Origin: Gemmatimonadota bacterium
GTDB lineage: Bacteria; Gemmatimonadota; Gemmatimonadetes; Gemmatimonadales; GWC2-71-9
Assembly: GCA_039932125.1 (NCBI GenBank)
Contig: JBDTQP010000001.1
Location: 1 to 39,462, forward strand
Reading direction: 5' to 3'
Length of the DNA stretch: 39,462 nucleotides
Below are positions 1-9,185 of the stretch, piece by piece. Both the position numbers and the translations under genes were made by a program. The notes under the pieces are model-generated. The model worked only from the letters and a program-made list of their open reading frames with translations, had not been told where the DNA came from and did no database searches. The number at the start of each line of letters is the position of its first letter. Position 1 is the stretch's first letter.

Positions 1-73
1 AACAGCACATGTTGAGCGGAAACGCATTTCACACGCGACGAGCGATACATCAAGCGCACAGCGTGCGTCCGCC

Positions 74-96
74 TTACCGCTTACCGCTTACCGCTT
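74..96. repeat. Tandem heptamer (TTACCGC) x3 plus a partial fourth copy, spanning the stop codon and last codons of purQ
   Basis: Read directly: ttaccgc at 74-80, 81-87 and 88-94, then tt. On the minus strand this reads gcg gta agc ggt aag cgg taa (AVSGKR*). Confidence 0.9.
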
Positions 97-772
97 GCGG
101 GTCAAGCTGAAAGAAACCCAGTCCATCAACTGGTCCGACCGTGGCATCGGTGACGCGATCAGGATGGGGCATGAGGCCGACCACATTGCCGGACGCGCTG
201 CAAATGCCAGCGATCGCGTTCATGGATCCGTTGGGGTTCTCCTCACCGCTCGCCGGCGACCCGTCGGGGGCCGCATAACGCACGACGACCCGCCCTTCGT
301 TCTCAAGCTCTTGCAAGGTCGCGGCATCGGCCGTGTAGCGCCCATCGCCGTGTGCGACGGGGAGCCTGATGATCTGGCCTGGTTCGTACGACGAGGTAAA
401 TGGTGTGTCAGTCCGCTCGACCCGGAGATGTACCGGCCGGGAGACGTAAGTGAGTCGCTGATTCCGCATCAGGGCGCCTGGCAACAGGTGCGCCTCGCAG
501 AGAATCTGGAACCCGTTGCAGATGCCGAGTACCGGTCCGCCTTCGGCAGCAAAGCGCTGCACCGCTTCCATGATCGGGCTGAACCGGGCGATGGCCCCGG
601 ATCGCAGGTAATCACCATAGCTGAAGCCACCAGGAAGTACGACAAAGTCCGGCTTCTGCAAGTCGGTGTCGCGATGCCATACAAAATAGGATTCGCTTCC
701 CGCCCGTCGTGCCGAGTAGAGGGAGTCGAAATCGCAATTACTGCCAGGAAACCGAACCACGGCGACTCTCAT
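74..772 (-). CDS. purQ: Phosphoribosylformylglycinamidine synthase, glutaminase subunit PurQ
   Basis: 232 aa with ATG at 770-772. Class-I amidotransferase motifs are present: MRVAVVRFPGSNCD, GICNGFQIL (nucleophile Cys) and MPHPDR. It lies immediately downstream of purS. Confidence 0.9.
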   Translation of the reverse strand: MRVAVVRFPGSNCDFDSLYSARRAGSESYFVWHRDTDLQKPDFVVLPGGFSYGDYLRSGAIARFSPIMEAVQRFAAEGGPVLGICNGFQILCEAHLLPGALMRNQRLTYVSRPVHLRVERTDTPFTSSYEPGQIIRLPVAHGDGRYTADAATLQELENEGRVVVRYAAPDGSPASGEENPNGSMNAIAGICSASGNVVGLMPHPDRVTDATVGPVDGLGFFQLDPQAVSGKR

Positions 773-830
773 TGAGATCCTTATCGGGCGAATCGCTGAT
801 CGCTTCGCATTTCAGCACTCAGACTTGATA

Positions 831-1082
831 CTACTGTTCCTCGATCTGAACCTGGTAATCCTCGGTCACCGGATTGGCCAGGAGCTTATCACACATCTGG
901 CGTACCCGCTGCTCGGCCTCCGAGCGAGAGCCTGCTTTCACTTCCACTTCAATGGCCTTGCCGATTCGCACGTTGGCTGCTTCTGAGAAACCAAGAGCGG
1001 TCAGGGCGTGTTCCACAGCCTGGCCCTGGGGGTCGAGCAGGCCAGTGCGAGGAACAACGCGAATGTGAGCGCGGAAGGTCAC
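831..1082 (-). CDS. purS: FGAM synthase subunit PurS
   Basis: 83 aa with a GTG start at 1080-1082. Small PurS-like protein (LLDPQGQAVEHAL, NPVTEDY) in the canonical position before purQ. Confidence 0.85.
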   Translation of the reverse strand: MTFRAHIRVVPRTGLLDPQGQAVEHALTALGFSEAANVRIGKAIEVEVKAGSRSEAEQRVRQMCDKLLANPVTEDYQVQIEEQ

Positions 1083-1085
1083 GAC

Positions 1086-1973
1086 CTATTCCTTGCGGCG
1101 GTCTGCGAGTCGCCGCGATTCAGTGAATTCTCTTACGTCAGTATCCATGATGGGTTCGTCACCCGGGTCCTCGTCCAGCACGTCCTCATCGTTGGCATCG
1201 TCCGACTGCTCCGGGCGCTCCAGCAGGCCGAGCGCCGTGGATCGAAGCAGGCCAAATGTCATGTAAATCATCCCCAGAGGGAAAAAGACATAGGCAGGGA
1301 ACAGAATACCGCCGACCAGCAGGGCGATGTTAAAGGCGGTGCCCAGCAGGCCCTTGAAGCTCCGGAAACCAATCCCCGGGAATTTGGGATAGCGGACATT
1401 GCTCACCATCAGTGAAGACAGCAGCAGAATCAGGATGACGAGCCCCTGCTTCTGGAAATTCAGGTACGCGATCGATGCCTGATACCAGGGCGTCTGGCTG
1501 AAGGCGTAGTACGTCGCCAGTGTCATTCCCGCCGATGGACTCGGCAAACCTACGAACCAGTTGGAGTGGGGCTTGCCGTGAGCGATGATGTTGAACCGGG
1601 CGAGCCGAGCGGTCACCGCGACAACGTAGATGTAGCAGATTACCCACCCGAAGCGCCCAGTCGTCTGGAATTCCAGGAAGTACATGAAAATGGCAGGCGC
1701 CACGCCGAACGAAATACAATCCACCAGGGAATCCAGCTCGGCGCCGAAACGGGTGCCGGCGTTTGCCCGCCGCGCGATCCGACCGTCCAGCATGTCGAGG
1801 ATGCCGGCGAAGACGAGAAACCATCCGGCCCAGATGAAGTTGCCCTGGGCGGCACTCACCATCGACCAGAATCCAAAGAACAGGTTGCCCAGCGTGAACG
1901 CACTGGGCATGACAACGACCACCCCGCGCATGTTGGGGCGGCGGAAGCGCGGGCGCCGGGGAATCAGGCCCAT
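1086..1973 (-). CDS. pssA: CDP-diacylglycerol--serine O-phosphatidyltransferase (CDP-alcohol phosphatidyltransferase family)
   Basis: Carries the family motif DMLDGRIARRANAGTRFGAELDSLVDCISFG (D-x2-DG-x2-AR...G-x3-D-x3-D) and several hydrophobic helices. The ATG at 1971-1973 overlaps the psd stop by 10 nt; an alternative Met lies at 1931. Confidence 0.85.
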   Translation of the reverse strand: MGLIPRRPRFRRPNMRGVVVVMPSAFTLGNLFFGFWSMVSAAQGNFIWAGWFLVFAGILDMLDGRIARRANAGTRFGAELDSLVDCISFGVAPAIFMYFLEFQTTGRFGWVICYIYVVAVTARLARFNIIAHGKPHSNWFVGLPSPSAGMTLATYYAFSQTPWYQASIAYLNFQKQGLVILILLLSSLMVSNVRYPKFPGIGFRSFKGLLGTAFNIALLVGGILFPAYVFFPLGMIYMTFGLLRSTALGLLERPEQSDDANDEDVLDEDPGDEPIMDTDVREFTESRRLADRRKE

Positions 1974-2593
1974 TCGGCGATAACGGTAATGCCGGCCACC
2001 GTACGATCTCCTTCCTTCACCAGCACCCGGGCGGTTGGCGGGATGAAGACATCGACTCGGGATCCGAAGCGAATCATGCCGAGCCGCTCACCCTGGGTGA
2101 CCTCGCGGCCGACGTCATGATCGGTGACAATGCGTCGTGCGATGAGCCCGGCGATCTGCCGGACAAGAATCTTTCCCTGCGCCGTGGCAAGTCCCACGGA
2201 GGACTGCTCGTTTTCCAGGCTCGCCTTTTCCGCGGCGGCGTTGACAAACTTGCCGGGATTGTAATGGCGATACGTGATCTTTCCAGTCGAGGGATAGCGA
2301 TTCACGTGACAATCGAACACGTTCATGAAGATTGAAATCCGGACGGCCTCGGCATCGTGAAACGCCGGCTCGTGCGCCTTCAGAATGCTCACCACTTTGC
2401 CATCCGCAGGCGCGATGATCAGCCGCTCGCCCCGATCTCCCTCGCGGACCGGATCCCGGAAGAACGCCACGACCCAGACCGCAATCGGCAGCCAGAGGAG
2501 GGCGAACCACCAGTAACGGGTGAAGAGAAGCACCACCAGAATCACCAGGGCCGCGACGATGAACCAGCGGCCTTCCGGAGCGGTGCGAATCAC
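1964..2593 (-). CDS. psd: Phosphatidylserine decarboxylase proenzyme, short form
   Basis: N-terminal TM helix and C-terminal GMIRFGSRVDV with the Gly-Ser self-cleavage (pyruvoyl) site. Adjacent to pssA. Start refined to the GTG at 2591-2593, which overlaps the purC TGA (GTGA). The ORF-track start at 2707 would overlap purC by 118 nt. Confidence 0.8.
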   Translation of the reverse strand: MIRTAPEGRWFIVAALVILVVLLFTRYWWFALLWLPIAVWVVAFFRDPVREGDRGERLIIAPADGKVVSILKAHEPAFHDAEAVRISIFMNVFDCHVNRYPSTGKITYRHYNPGKFVNAAAEKASLENEQSSVGLATAQGKILVRQIAGLIARRIVTDHDVGREVTQGERLGMIRFGSRVDVFIPPTARVLVKEGDRTVAGITVIAEWA

Positions 2594-3510
2594 GCATCCT
2601 CCGGCAGATCGGTCCCGGTAATCCGCCGATAGGCATCGAGGTACCTGATGCTCGTGGCGTCGACAATCTCGTCGGGCAGGGTGGGCGGCGGAGCCTCGCC
2701 ATTCCACTGACCGGCTTTCTTGAGCCCCGCGAGATAGTCACGCAGCGGCTGTTTATCGAAACTCGGCTGGCCGGTTCCTTCCTGGTATCTGTCTGCCGGC
2801 CAGAATCGCGATGAGTCGGGTGTCAGGACTTCGTCGATGAGCCGCAGCACGCCGTTTCCATCAAAGCCAAATTCGAATTTCGTGTCGGCGATGATGATTC
2901 CCCGCGTCGCAGCGTGATCCCGCCCGGCAGTGTAGACCTTGAAGCTCGCGTCCTGAAGCCGCGAGGCAACATCATTGCCCAGCGCATCTGCCACGGCCCG
3001 GAAGGTGACGTTGATGTCGTGTCCCTCTTCGGCTTTCGTCGCTGGAGAGAAGATCGGCGGATCGAGGCGCGAACTTTCTCTGAGTCCTTCCTTCAGTGGC
3101 TCCCCGGCGAGGGTCCCCTTGTCCCGGTACTCGGCCCATGCCGACCCGGTGATATACCCGCGGATGACGCACTCGAATGGCACCGGATTCGTGCGGATGG
3201 AGAGCATCGCGCGGCCGGCAAGCTGATCACGATAGTCTGCCAGTGCGGGAATGCGCTCGATGATGGCCGAGGTGCTGCTCGTGACGAAGTGTGAAGGGAT
3301 CACATCCTTCAGCTTCTCGAACCAGAAGGCGCTGATCTGGGTCAGTACGGCGCCTTTTCGCGGAATGGCCTGGTCCATCACGATGTCGAACGCGCTCACC
3401 CGGTCGCTGGCGACGAGGAGCAGGTGATCGCGATCTACCTCATAGACCTCACGGACTTTGCCGCGGCGAAGCAGGGGAAGCGGAAGCTGACTGCGGACGA
3501 GAGTATTCAT
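2590..3510 (-). CDS. purC: Phosphoribosylaminoimidazole-succinocarboxamide (SAICAR) synthase
   Basis: 306 aa, long-type PurC (GKVREVY, ASDRVSAFD, IADTKFEFG). The start overlaps the purB stop as ATGA (3507-3510). Confidence 0.9.
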   Translation of the reverse strand: MNTLVRSQLPLPLLRRGKVREVYEVDRDHLLLVASDRVSAFDIVMDQAIPRKGAVLTQISAFWFEKLKDVIPSHFVTSSTSAIIERIPALADYRDQLAGRAMLSIRTNPVPFECVIRGYITGSAWAEYRDKGTLAGEPLKEGLRESSRLDPPIFSPATKAEEGHDINVTFRAVADALGNDVASRLQDASFKVYTAGRDHAATRGIIIADTKFEFGFDGNGVLRLIDEVLTPDSSRFWPADRYQEGTGQPSFDKQPLRDYLAGLKKAGQWNGEAPPPTLPDEIVDATSIRYLDAYRRITGTDLPEDA

Positions 3511-4946
3511 ACGGTGACCTGTGCGGTTTCTGCCTGACCGGCGTGAGGACGGGCGCGGTGAATGAGTGGATGAATGAATTCATCGAGGAACTCGGTGACC
3601 TGTGCCGGAGCCCTTCCCGTGTATTTGAGGGGTTCCAGTTCCTGCCGCAGCGTTTTTGCGGGAACCTTTGCAAAGGCTGGGTCCTGCTCGAGACATTCGA
3701 GGAGGTTGTTGGCTTCGCCCCGGCTCACGGCGGCCGCGCAGGTCATGCTGTGCTGGCGAACGACCTCATGCAGCGACTGACGGTCCCCGCCGGCTTCCAC
3801 GCCGAGCATGAGCCATCGTTCGGTGGCCATGAACGGCATCTGTTCGTTCACATTCCGGCGGATGACATCTTCTCGGACTTCGATCCCGGCGGCAATGTTC
3901 GTCGCCAGAATGAGAATGGCATCCACGGCGAGGAACGCTTCGGGTAAGGTAAGTCGCCGATTGGCGCTGTCATCGAGCGTGCGCTCGAGCCACTGAGTCG
4001 CCACCGTGTACGCCGGATTCGCCTGCAGGGAGATTACGAATCGCGCGAGACCGCTGATCCGCTCCGCCCGCATGGGGTTCCGTTTATAGGCCATTGCGCT
4101 GGAGCCGATCTGCTCCGACTCGAACGGTTCGAGCAGCTCGCCTTCGTGCTGCAGCAGCCGCATATCGTTGGCCATCTTGGCCGCTGACTGGGCTATGCCG
4201 CTCAGCACGTCCACGATGTGGCTGTCGGCTTTACGGGTGTAGGTCTGCCCGGTCACCGGGTAGAGATGGGAGAATCCCATCCGCTGCGCGACCTGGCGAT
4301 CCAGCTCGCGCACTTTGGCGTCGTCGCCGTGGAATAGTTCGAGAAAAGAAGCCTGCGTCCCGGTTGTCCCTTTGCAGCCTCGTAGCCGCATACTGTCCAG
4401 GCGATACACCATGTCTTCCACGTCGAGCGCGAAATCCAGCATCCAGAGTGTCGCGCGTTTGCCTACGGTCGTGAGCTGGGCCGGCTGAAAATGGGTGTAC
4501 GCCAGGCAGGGAATATTGCGGCTGCGGAGGGCGAAGTTCTCCAGCGCTTCGAGGACGGCAATAAGGCGGCCGAGGATGAGCTTCATCCCCGCTCGCATGA
4601 CGATCAGGTCGGCATTGTCCGCAACGAAGGCACTGGTTGCGCCAAGGTGGAGAAATGGCCTCGCATTCGGAGCCTGGTCACCGAAGGTATGCACATGCGC
4701 CATGACATCGTGCCGAAAGCGTCGCTCGTACTTCGCCGCGAGCGCCAGATCGACATCGTCGAGGTGGGCCCGCATCTCCGCAAAGGCTTCGTCCGGGATG
4801 ACCAGGCCCAGCTCTCGTTCCGATTCGGCCAGGGCGAGCCAGAGCCGGCGCCAGGTGCCGATCCGGTGCCGGTCGCCCCAGATGTGCTGCATCGCGGGGG
4901 ACGAATAACGCGTGCCCAGGGGCGATCGGTATCCGTCTTCGCTCAT
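3507..4946 (-). CDS. purB: Adenylosuccinate lyase
   Basis: 479 aa with the fumarate-lyase superfamily signature GSSAMAYKRNP, in a pur-gene context. The start overlaps the upstream gene's stop as ATGA (4943-4946). Confidence 0.9.
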   Translation of the reverse strand: MSEDGYRSPLGTRYSSPAMQHIWGDRHRIGTWRRLWLALAESERELGLVIPDEAFAEMRAHLDDVDLALAAKYERRFRHDVMAHVHTFGDQAPNARPFLHLGATSAFVADNADLIVMRAGMKLILGRLIAVLEALENFALRSRNIPCLAYTHFQPAQLTTVGKRATLWMLDFALDVEDMVYRLDSMRLRGCKGTTGTQASFLELFHGDDAKVRELDRQVAQRMGFSHLYPVTGQTYTRKADSHIVDVLSGIAQSAAKMANDMRLLQHEGELLEPFESEQIGSSAMAYKRNPMRAERISGLARFVISLQANPAYTVATQWLERTLDDSANRRLTLPEAFLAVDAILILATNIAAGIEVREDVIRRNVNEQMPFMATERWLMLGVEAGGDRQSLHEVVRQHSMTCAAAVSRGEANNLLECLEQDPAFAKVPAKTLRQELEPLKYTGRAPAQVTEFLDEFIHPLIHRARPHAGQAETAQVTV

Positions 4947-6412
4947 CGGAACACCAGGTCGGTGAAGGCATACTGCCCGGCGCGCTCGATGTGGACTCTG
5001 ATCGGCTGACGCTGAGGCGCGGTGCTGAAAATCTGCCCCACATCCTCGGCCCGCCGGATCATTGTGCGATTCACGGCTAGAATCACATCGCCGCTACGAA
5101 GGCCGGTTGCCTGGGCGATCTGCGACGTGATCCGGAAGATGAGCGCTCCCTGGTCACTCCGAAGTCCCCGTTCGGCCCGGACGCCAGGCGTCACGGTGAT
5201 GAGATCAATACCGCGAAGAACGCTGACCTTCTCCGAGGTGACCGTGGGCAGGTCGCCGGTCACAATGAGACGATCCGTGACCGTACTCCCCTGGCGCAGT
5301 CGCAGGCGCACGGAATCGCCGACGTGCAGATCCAGCTTCACGGCTTCCCAGTCGAGAAAGTTACGCAGCTTCCGGCCGTTCGCCTCGACGAGCACGTCTC
5401 GCGGATTGATCTGCGCCCGAGCCGCTGGACCGCCTGGCGCTACGCTGACCACCACCACACCGCCCTGGGCTTTCCAGTCGGCCATACTCTCCGCGCCCGC
5501 CACCTCGAGTCCAACCCACGCCCGCCGTACCTCTCCGTTGCGCACGATCTCATCGGCGACTCGCATGGCGCGCTCGATCGGAATGGCAAAGCCGAGTCCC
5601 ACGGAGCCACCCGTCGACGAGAAAATCGACGAGTTCACTCCGATGATCTCACCCAGGCTGTTCGCCAGCGGCCCGCCGGAGTTTCCAGGATTGATCGCCG
5701 CGTCGGTCTGGATCATGTCGAGATACAAACCAGCCTGGTCGCGGGTGGGGAGAATGTTACGGCCGCTGGCGCTGATGACGCCCGCCGTTACCGTCGGCTC
5801 GGAGTTGCCGAGGAGGAATGCGAATGGATTGCCGAGAGCGACAACCCACTCGCCGATGAGCAGGTCGCGGCTTCGCCCGATCCGGGCCGTTGGAAGACCA
5901 GCGCGCTCTACCTTGAGCACCGCGATGTCAGTGATGGGATCTTCGCCGAGCACCCTGGCGGGGAGGTCCGTGCCATCGCGCAGGGTGACGATCACCCGCT
6001 CGGCACCGGCGACGACGTGCTGGTTCGTGATGATCACCCCATCCGCGCGGATGATGAATCCGGTGCCGCCAACCGGGACCAGCTGCTCCTGGGTCTGCGG
6101 GATGAAGAAGTCGAACATCGACGGCGTTTCGACCTGTCGGCGCGTCATCGCGTTGATGCTGACCACGGAGGGACCAACCTGGCTTGCGGCGTCTACGATT
6201 GCCGTACGGCGGGAAGTATCGAGAGCGGCGTTGCGTTCAGCAGTCTGGGTGGCCGCATCGGCCCGCAGAACAAACCCCGCATCCTTCGGCCCACTCTTGC
6301 AGGCGCTCGCGAACAGCAGAAGCAGGGCCGGGAGGATCCGCAGTCGTTCGACGAAATGGCCTGCCAGCTGCTCGTGTCTGTTCACGTGACCTCGTGCGGG
6401 TCGATGAAGCAC
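4943..6412 (-). CDS. htrA: HtrA/DegP-family periplasmic serine protease with two PDZ-like C-terminal regions
   Basis: Catalytic triad context: TNQHVV (His), DIAVLKV (Asp), GNSGGPL (Ser). N-terminal hydrophobic signal ends in LLLFASAC, a possible lipobox. The start is uncertain because it overlaps the truA 3' end by 31 nt. Confidence 0.85.
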   Translation of the reverse strand: MLHRPARGHVNRHEQLAGHFVERLRILPALLLLFASACKSGPKDAGFVLRADAATQTAERNAALDTSRRTAIVDAASQVGPSVVSINAMTRRQVETPSMFDFFIPQTQEQLVPVGGTGFIIRADGVIITNQHVVAGAERVIVTLRDGTDLPARVLGEDPITDIAVLKVERAGLPTARIGRSRDLLIGEWVVALGNPFAFLLGNSEPTVTAGVISASGRNILPTRDQAGLYLDMIQTDAAINPGNSGGPLANSLGEIIGVNSSIFSSTGGSVGLGFAIPIERAMRVADEIVRNGEVRRAWVGLEVAGAESMADWKAQGGVVVVSVAPGGPAARAQINPRDVLVEANGRKLRNFLDWEAVKLDLHVGDSVRLRLRQGSTVTDRLIVTGDLPTVTSEKVSVLRGIDLITVTPGVRAERGLRSDQGALIFRITSQIAQATGLRSGDVILAVNRTMIRRAEDVGQIFSTAPQRQPIRVHIERAGQYAFTDLVFR

Positions 6413-7164
6413 GCCTTCGGATACTCGGCGGCAATGAAGTAGAGTCCCTCTGGAGGGGCGGGAGGACTCGTTCCATTGTTGTCCGATCGGGCCAGCAGCA
6501 CTTGCATATCGGCAACCGGCCTTCGTCCCAGGCCGATATCGACCATGGTCCCGACGAGAAATCGCACCATGTGATGCAGGAACCGGTCGGCTTCAATTTC
6601 GAAGCGAACGCCGGCGCCGTCGGGCCGATCGGTCCAGCGCGCGACGCGCACATCACAACGGTAATGCGGCTTGGCCTCGCCCTTCGCGGCGAAGGCGCGA
6701 AAATCGTGAAGACCAGTCAGTGCTCCCGCGGCTTCGGCGAGGGCCTCGCGATCGAGCGCGCGACCGAGAGACCATTCGTATGGATGACGGAAAGGCGATG
6801 CCGATGCTTCATCCGTCCCGATCAGAAAATGATAACGCCGGGCCAGCGCGCTCTTGCGAGCATGGAAGCCCAGCATCATTTCGTGCATACGTTCGATCCA
6901 GCAGTCCTCGGGAAGCAGCGCATTGAGCGCGCGTCGCAGGGGTTCGCTGGTCCATCTGGCCGGAAGCGTGAGGCTTACCCCCATTCCCCTGGCATGCACG
7001 CCGGCGTCCGTCCGTCCCGCCGCGAACACTGGAACCCGCGATCCACACAAGCGCTCGAGCACCGTTTCAAACTCGCCCTGGATTGATCGTCCGACTTTCT
7101 GGCGCTGCCATCCCACGAAATCGCTTCCATTGAACTGAAGTATCGCGAGAAATGTTCGGCTCAC
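6382..7164 (-). CDS. truA: tRNA pseudouridine(38-40) synthase
   Basis: 260 aa with a GTG start at 7162-7164. Contains the TruA catalytic motif AGRTDAGVHA and the N-terminal FNGSDFVGWQRQ. Confidence 0.9.
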   Translation of the reverse strand: MSRTFLAILQFNGSDFVGWQRQKVGRSIQGEFETVLERLCGSRVPVFAAGRTDAGVHARGMGVSLTLPARWTSEPLRRALNALLPEDCWIERMHEMMLGFHARKSALARRYHFLIGTDEASASPFRHPYEWSLGRALDREALAEAAGALTGLHDFRAFAAKGEAKPHYRCDVRVARWTDRPDGAGVRFEIEADRFLHHMVRFLVGTMVDIGLGRRPVADMQVLLARSDNNGTSPPAPPEGLYFIAAEYPKACFIDPHEVT

Positions 7165-7446
7165 GGGCGCAATCTAGCCCGGTTGATGGTCGCATTCAAG
7201 CCACGCAAACCATTGATTGCTCAGACATTAGAGGCGTCAATCGAGGAGCCACGATCGGCCGGCAACGGTCACTCCTGGAGGTCCTTCCGGGAGGGCCAGT
7301 ATCGACATTCGAGCATGTCGTGCCTCTGTCATTCGGATCACCACATCGCCCTGATTCCATTATCTTCGGACATCCCTTTCACGTGCATGCCAGGCCGGTG
7401 AGCCTTGGAATCCTCACTCCCTGCTCAACGCCCGCCATCAGGTTCT

Positions 7447-8499
7447 ATGACGTCGCAGGTACCTTCATCAGCCTTGTCGGAAGCTATTCGCATTCTGGCC
7501 GGAGGCCGTTCACTTTCCCGGGCAGAATCTCGAGGCGCTTTTGATGTGCTGATGGAAGGAAAGGCCGACCCCTCGGAGGTGGAGTCGCTGCTGATAGGTC
7601 TCCGGGCCCGGGGTGAGAACGCCGACGAGGTAGCGGGCGCGGTAGACTCGCTCCGTGCGGTGATGATCACCGTCGATGCCGTACAGGACCGGCTGGTCGA
7701 TACCTGCGGGACGGGAGGGGGCGGAACGCCCACCTTTAACATCTCCTCGGCCGCAAGTTTCGTTGCGGCCGGAGCCGGTGTGCGGATCGCGAAGCATGGC
7801 AATCGGAGTCACACCACCCGTTCCGGGTCAGCGGATCTGTTCGAAGCCCTGGGCATCGACATTGGCCTGGGTCCGGAAGAGGCGAAGAAGGTTCTCGCAT
7901 CTGTCGGCCTCGTTTTCCTGTATGCTCCTCATTATCACCCTGCCATGCGTCACGTGGCACCCATTCGAAAGAAGCTTGGTGTCTCCACGATCATGAATCT
8001 TGTCGGGCCGGTGGCCAACCCCGCCCACGTCGAGCGGCAGGTCATGGGCGTGTTCGAGAACTCCCGTGGGCCGGTCGTCGCTGAGGCACTGCGGCAGCTG
8101 AATCGAAAGCATGCGCTTGTCATGCACGCCCGGGCCGGGATGGATGAGATCAGTCCCGCGGGTGAAACCGAGGTGTGGGAAGTCAGGTCCGACCAGGTCA
8201 CGACCTGGATGCTGGACCCGAAAACTCTGGGACTCGAGTGTGCGGACCTGACCGCGCTCGCCGGCGGCAGCCCAGCTGAGAATGCGATTCGTACGGAACG
8301 GCTCCTGATGGGTGATGCGGGTGACGAAGCGGGCAGGTGCGCGGTGCTGCTCAATGCCGCGGCTGCGATCTATGTCTCGGAAGATGGCTTGTCGCTCGAG
8401 ATGGCGGCCGAACGGGCCAGGGACTCTCTGGCGAGTGGCGCCGCCGGCCGGGTACTGCTGGACCTGCGTCGTGCTGCGCCAGCGGGCTTGCCAGGATAG
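7447..8499 (+). CDS. trpD: Anthranilate phosphoribosyltransferase
   Basis: Carries DTCGTGGGGTPTFNISSAASFVAAGAGVRIAKHGNRS, the glycine-rich PRPP loop with KHGN. Start placed at ATG 7447 (MTSQVPSSALSEAIRIL). The ORF-track TTG at 7405 is the alternative. Confidence 0.9.
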   Translation: MTSQVPSSALSEAIRILAGGRSLSRAESRGAFDVLMEGKADPSEVESLLIGLRARGENADEVAGAVDSLRAVMITVDAVQDRLVDTCGTGGGGTPTFNISSAASFVAAGAGVRIAKHGNRSHTTRSGSADLFEALGIDIGLGPEEAKKVLASVGLVFLYAPHYHPAMRHVAPIRKKLGVSTIMNLVGPVANPAHVERQVMGVFENSRGPVVAEALRQLNRKHALVMHARAGMDEISPAGETEVWEVRSDQVTTWMLDPKTLGLECADLTALAGGSPAENAIRTERLLMGDAGDEAGRCAVLLNAAAAIYVSEDGLSLEMAAERARDSLASGAAGRVLLDLRRAAPAGLPG

Positions 8500-8514
8500 T
8501 GATCGCGCTGGCGC

Positions 8515-9123
8515 TCAGTATTTCCGGATGACACCAACCACGACACCCTGGATGAGGACATCCCTTTCCTGAAAACGCATGGGTTGCATCGTTTCGTTGG
8601 CTGGCTGGAGGCGGATCCACCCACCGGGTTCACGATAAAACTTCTTAACGGTTGCTTCACTACCGTTCACCAGGGCGATAACCATTTCGCCATTTTCGGC
8701 CGAATTACGGCCATGCACGACAACATAGTCTCCATCGATGATATGCTCGTCGACCATCGAGGTTCCCTGCACCTTGAGGGCATAGTTAGGCCCGCGTCGC
8801 GGCAGGAGCTGATCGGGAACCGACAGCGTCTCCTCGTGCATGAGCGATTCTATGGGAGTACCGGCCGCGACCTTTCCGAGGATAGGAATCTCGGTGGCCC
8901 CCGACTGTCCCCGTGGGGGGAGAACCTCAATGGACCGGCTCTCGTTGTGGGTGCGGTGGATGTATCCCTTCCGCTCCAGGTTGGTGAGATGCTCGTGTAC
9001 CGTGGCCAGCGACTGAAATTCGAAGTGTTCAGCGATTTCCTCGAAGCTGGGCGCATACCCGTTGTCGGCGATATACGTCTGCAGATATATCAGAATTTCG
9101 CTTTGCCGTTTGGTGAGAGGCAT
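8515..9123 (-). CDS. lexA: LexA repressor (SOS regulator, S24 peptidase)
   Basis: Winged-helix N-terminus (MPLTKRQSEILIYLQ...YAPSFEEIA), Ala-Gly cleavage site in GKVAAGTPIE, catalytic Ser in VQGTSM and Lys in ATVKKFY. Start refined to ATG 9121-9123, preceded by GGAGA. The 26-codon upstream extension in the ORF track is rejected. Confidence 0.9.
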   Translation of the reverse strand: MPLTKRQSEILIYLQTYIADNGYAPSFEEIAEHFEFQSLATVHEHLTNLERKGYIHRTHNESRSIEVLPPRGQSGATEIPILGKVAAGTPIESLMHEETLSVPDQLLPRRGPNYALKVQGTSMVDEHIIDGDYVVVHGRNSAENGEMVIALVNGSEATVKKFYREPGGWIRLQPANETMQPMRFQERDVLIQGVVVGVIRKY

Positions 9124-9143
9124 AGATCCGTCTCCGGGGTTGA

Positions 9144-9185
9144 CCGAATGGAAGCCGAAGCATATTACCCGAATGGCCACCGAAG
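9144..9185. promoter_or_regulatory. Two 17-nt direct repeats (CCGAATGG-N3-CCGAAG), candidate LexA operator pair in the lexA/trpC divergent region
   Basis: Copy 1 is 9144-9160 (ccgaatggaagccgaag) and copy 2 is 9169-9185 (ccgaatggccaccgaag), identical at 14 of 17 positions. Each holds two CGAA half-sites 11 bp apart (CGAA-N7-CGAA). No other comparable repeat was seen in the 71-bp intergenic region. Confidence 0.35.

Noticed and set aside
2594-2707. ORF-track start of psd at 2707, and similar long N-terminal extensions of lexA (9124-9201), the small subunit (30031-30189) and both TIM barrels (32741-32911, 33639-33689)
   Set aside because: The extensions overlap neighbouring genes or lack coding character. 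Internal starts give the expected N-termini: a TM helix, the LexA MPLTKRQ, and twin-arginine signals at residues 5-8. Some also have SD-like sequences or 4-nt overlaps.
5022-6389. 455-aa plus-strand ORF (and the 372-aa ORF at 5324-6442) antisense to the htrA protease gene
   Set aside because: The composition is Arg/Ser/Thr/Pro-rich and low in complexity, typical of the antisense frame of a GC-rich gene. I recognised no motif. The opposite strand encodes a protease with a complete catalytic triad.
7329-7368. Recurrence of ATTCGG/CTTCGG hexamers in other intergenic regions (7330-7336, 7363-7368, 24269-24274, 24286-24291, 24372-24377) as possible extra copies of the lexA-region motif
   Set aside because: Their spacing and order do not match the 17-nt unit (CTTCGG-N3-CCATTCGG). 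The hexamer is also frequent inside coding sequence in this GC-rich DNA (GAT TCG GC-type codon strings), so chance occurrence is likely.
7165-7446. Possible Trp leader peptide, attenuator, T-box or riboswitch in the 280-bp region upstream of trpD
   Set aside because: I found no tandem Trp codons in a short ORF, no alternative terminator/antiterminator hairpins and no T-box consensus. Only weak, short inverted repeats are present. The two ORFs listed there (7152-7544, 7183-7401) have no coding features. A covariance-model scan (Rfam) would be needed to exclude a structured RNA.
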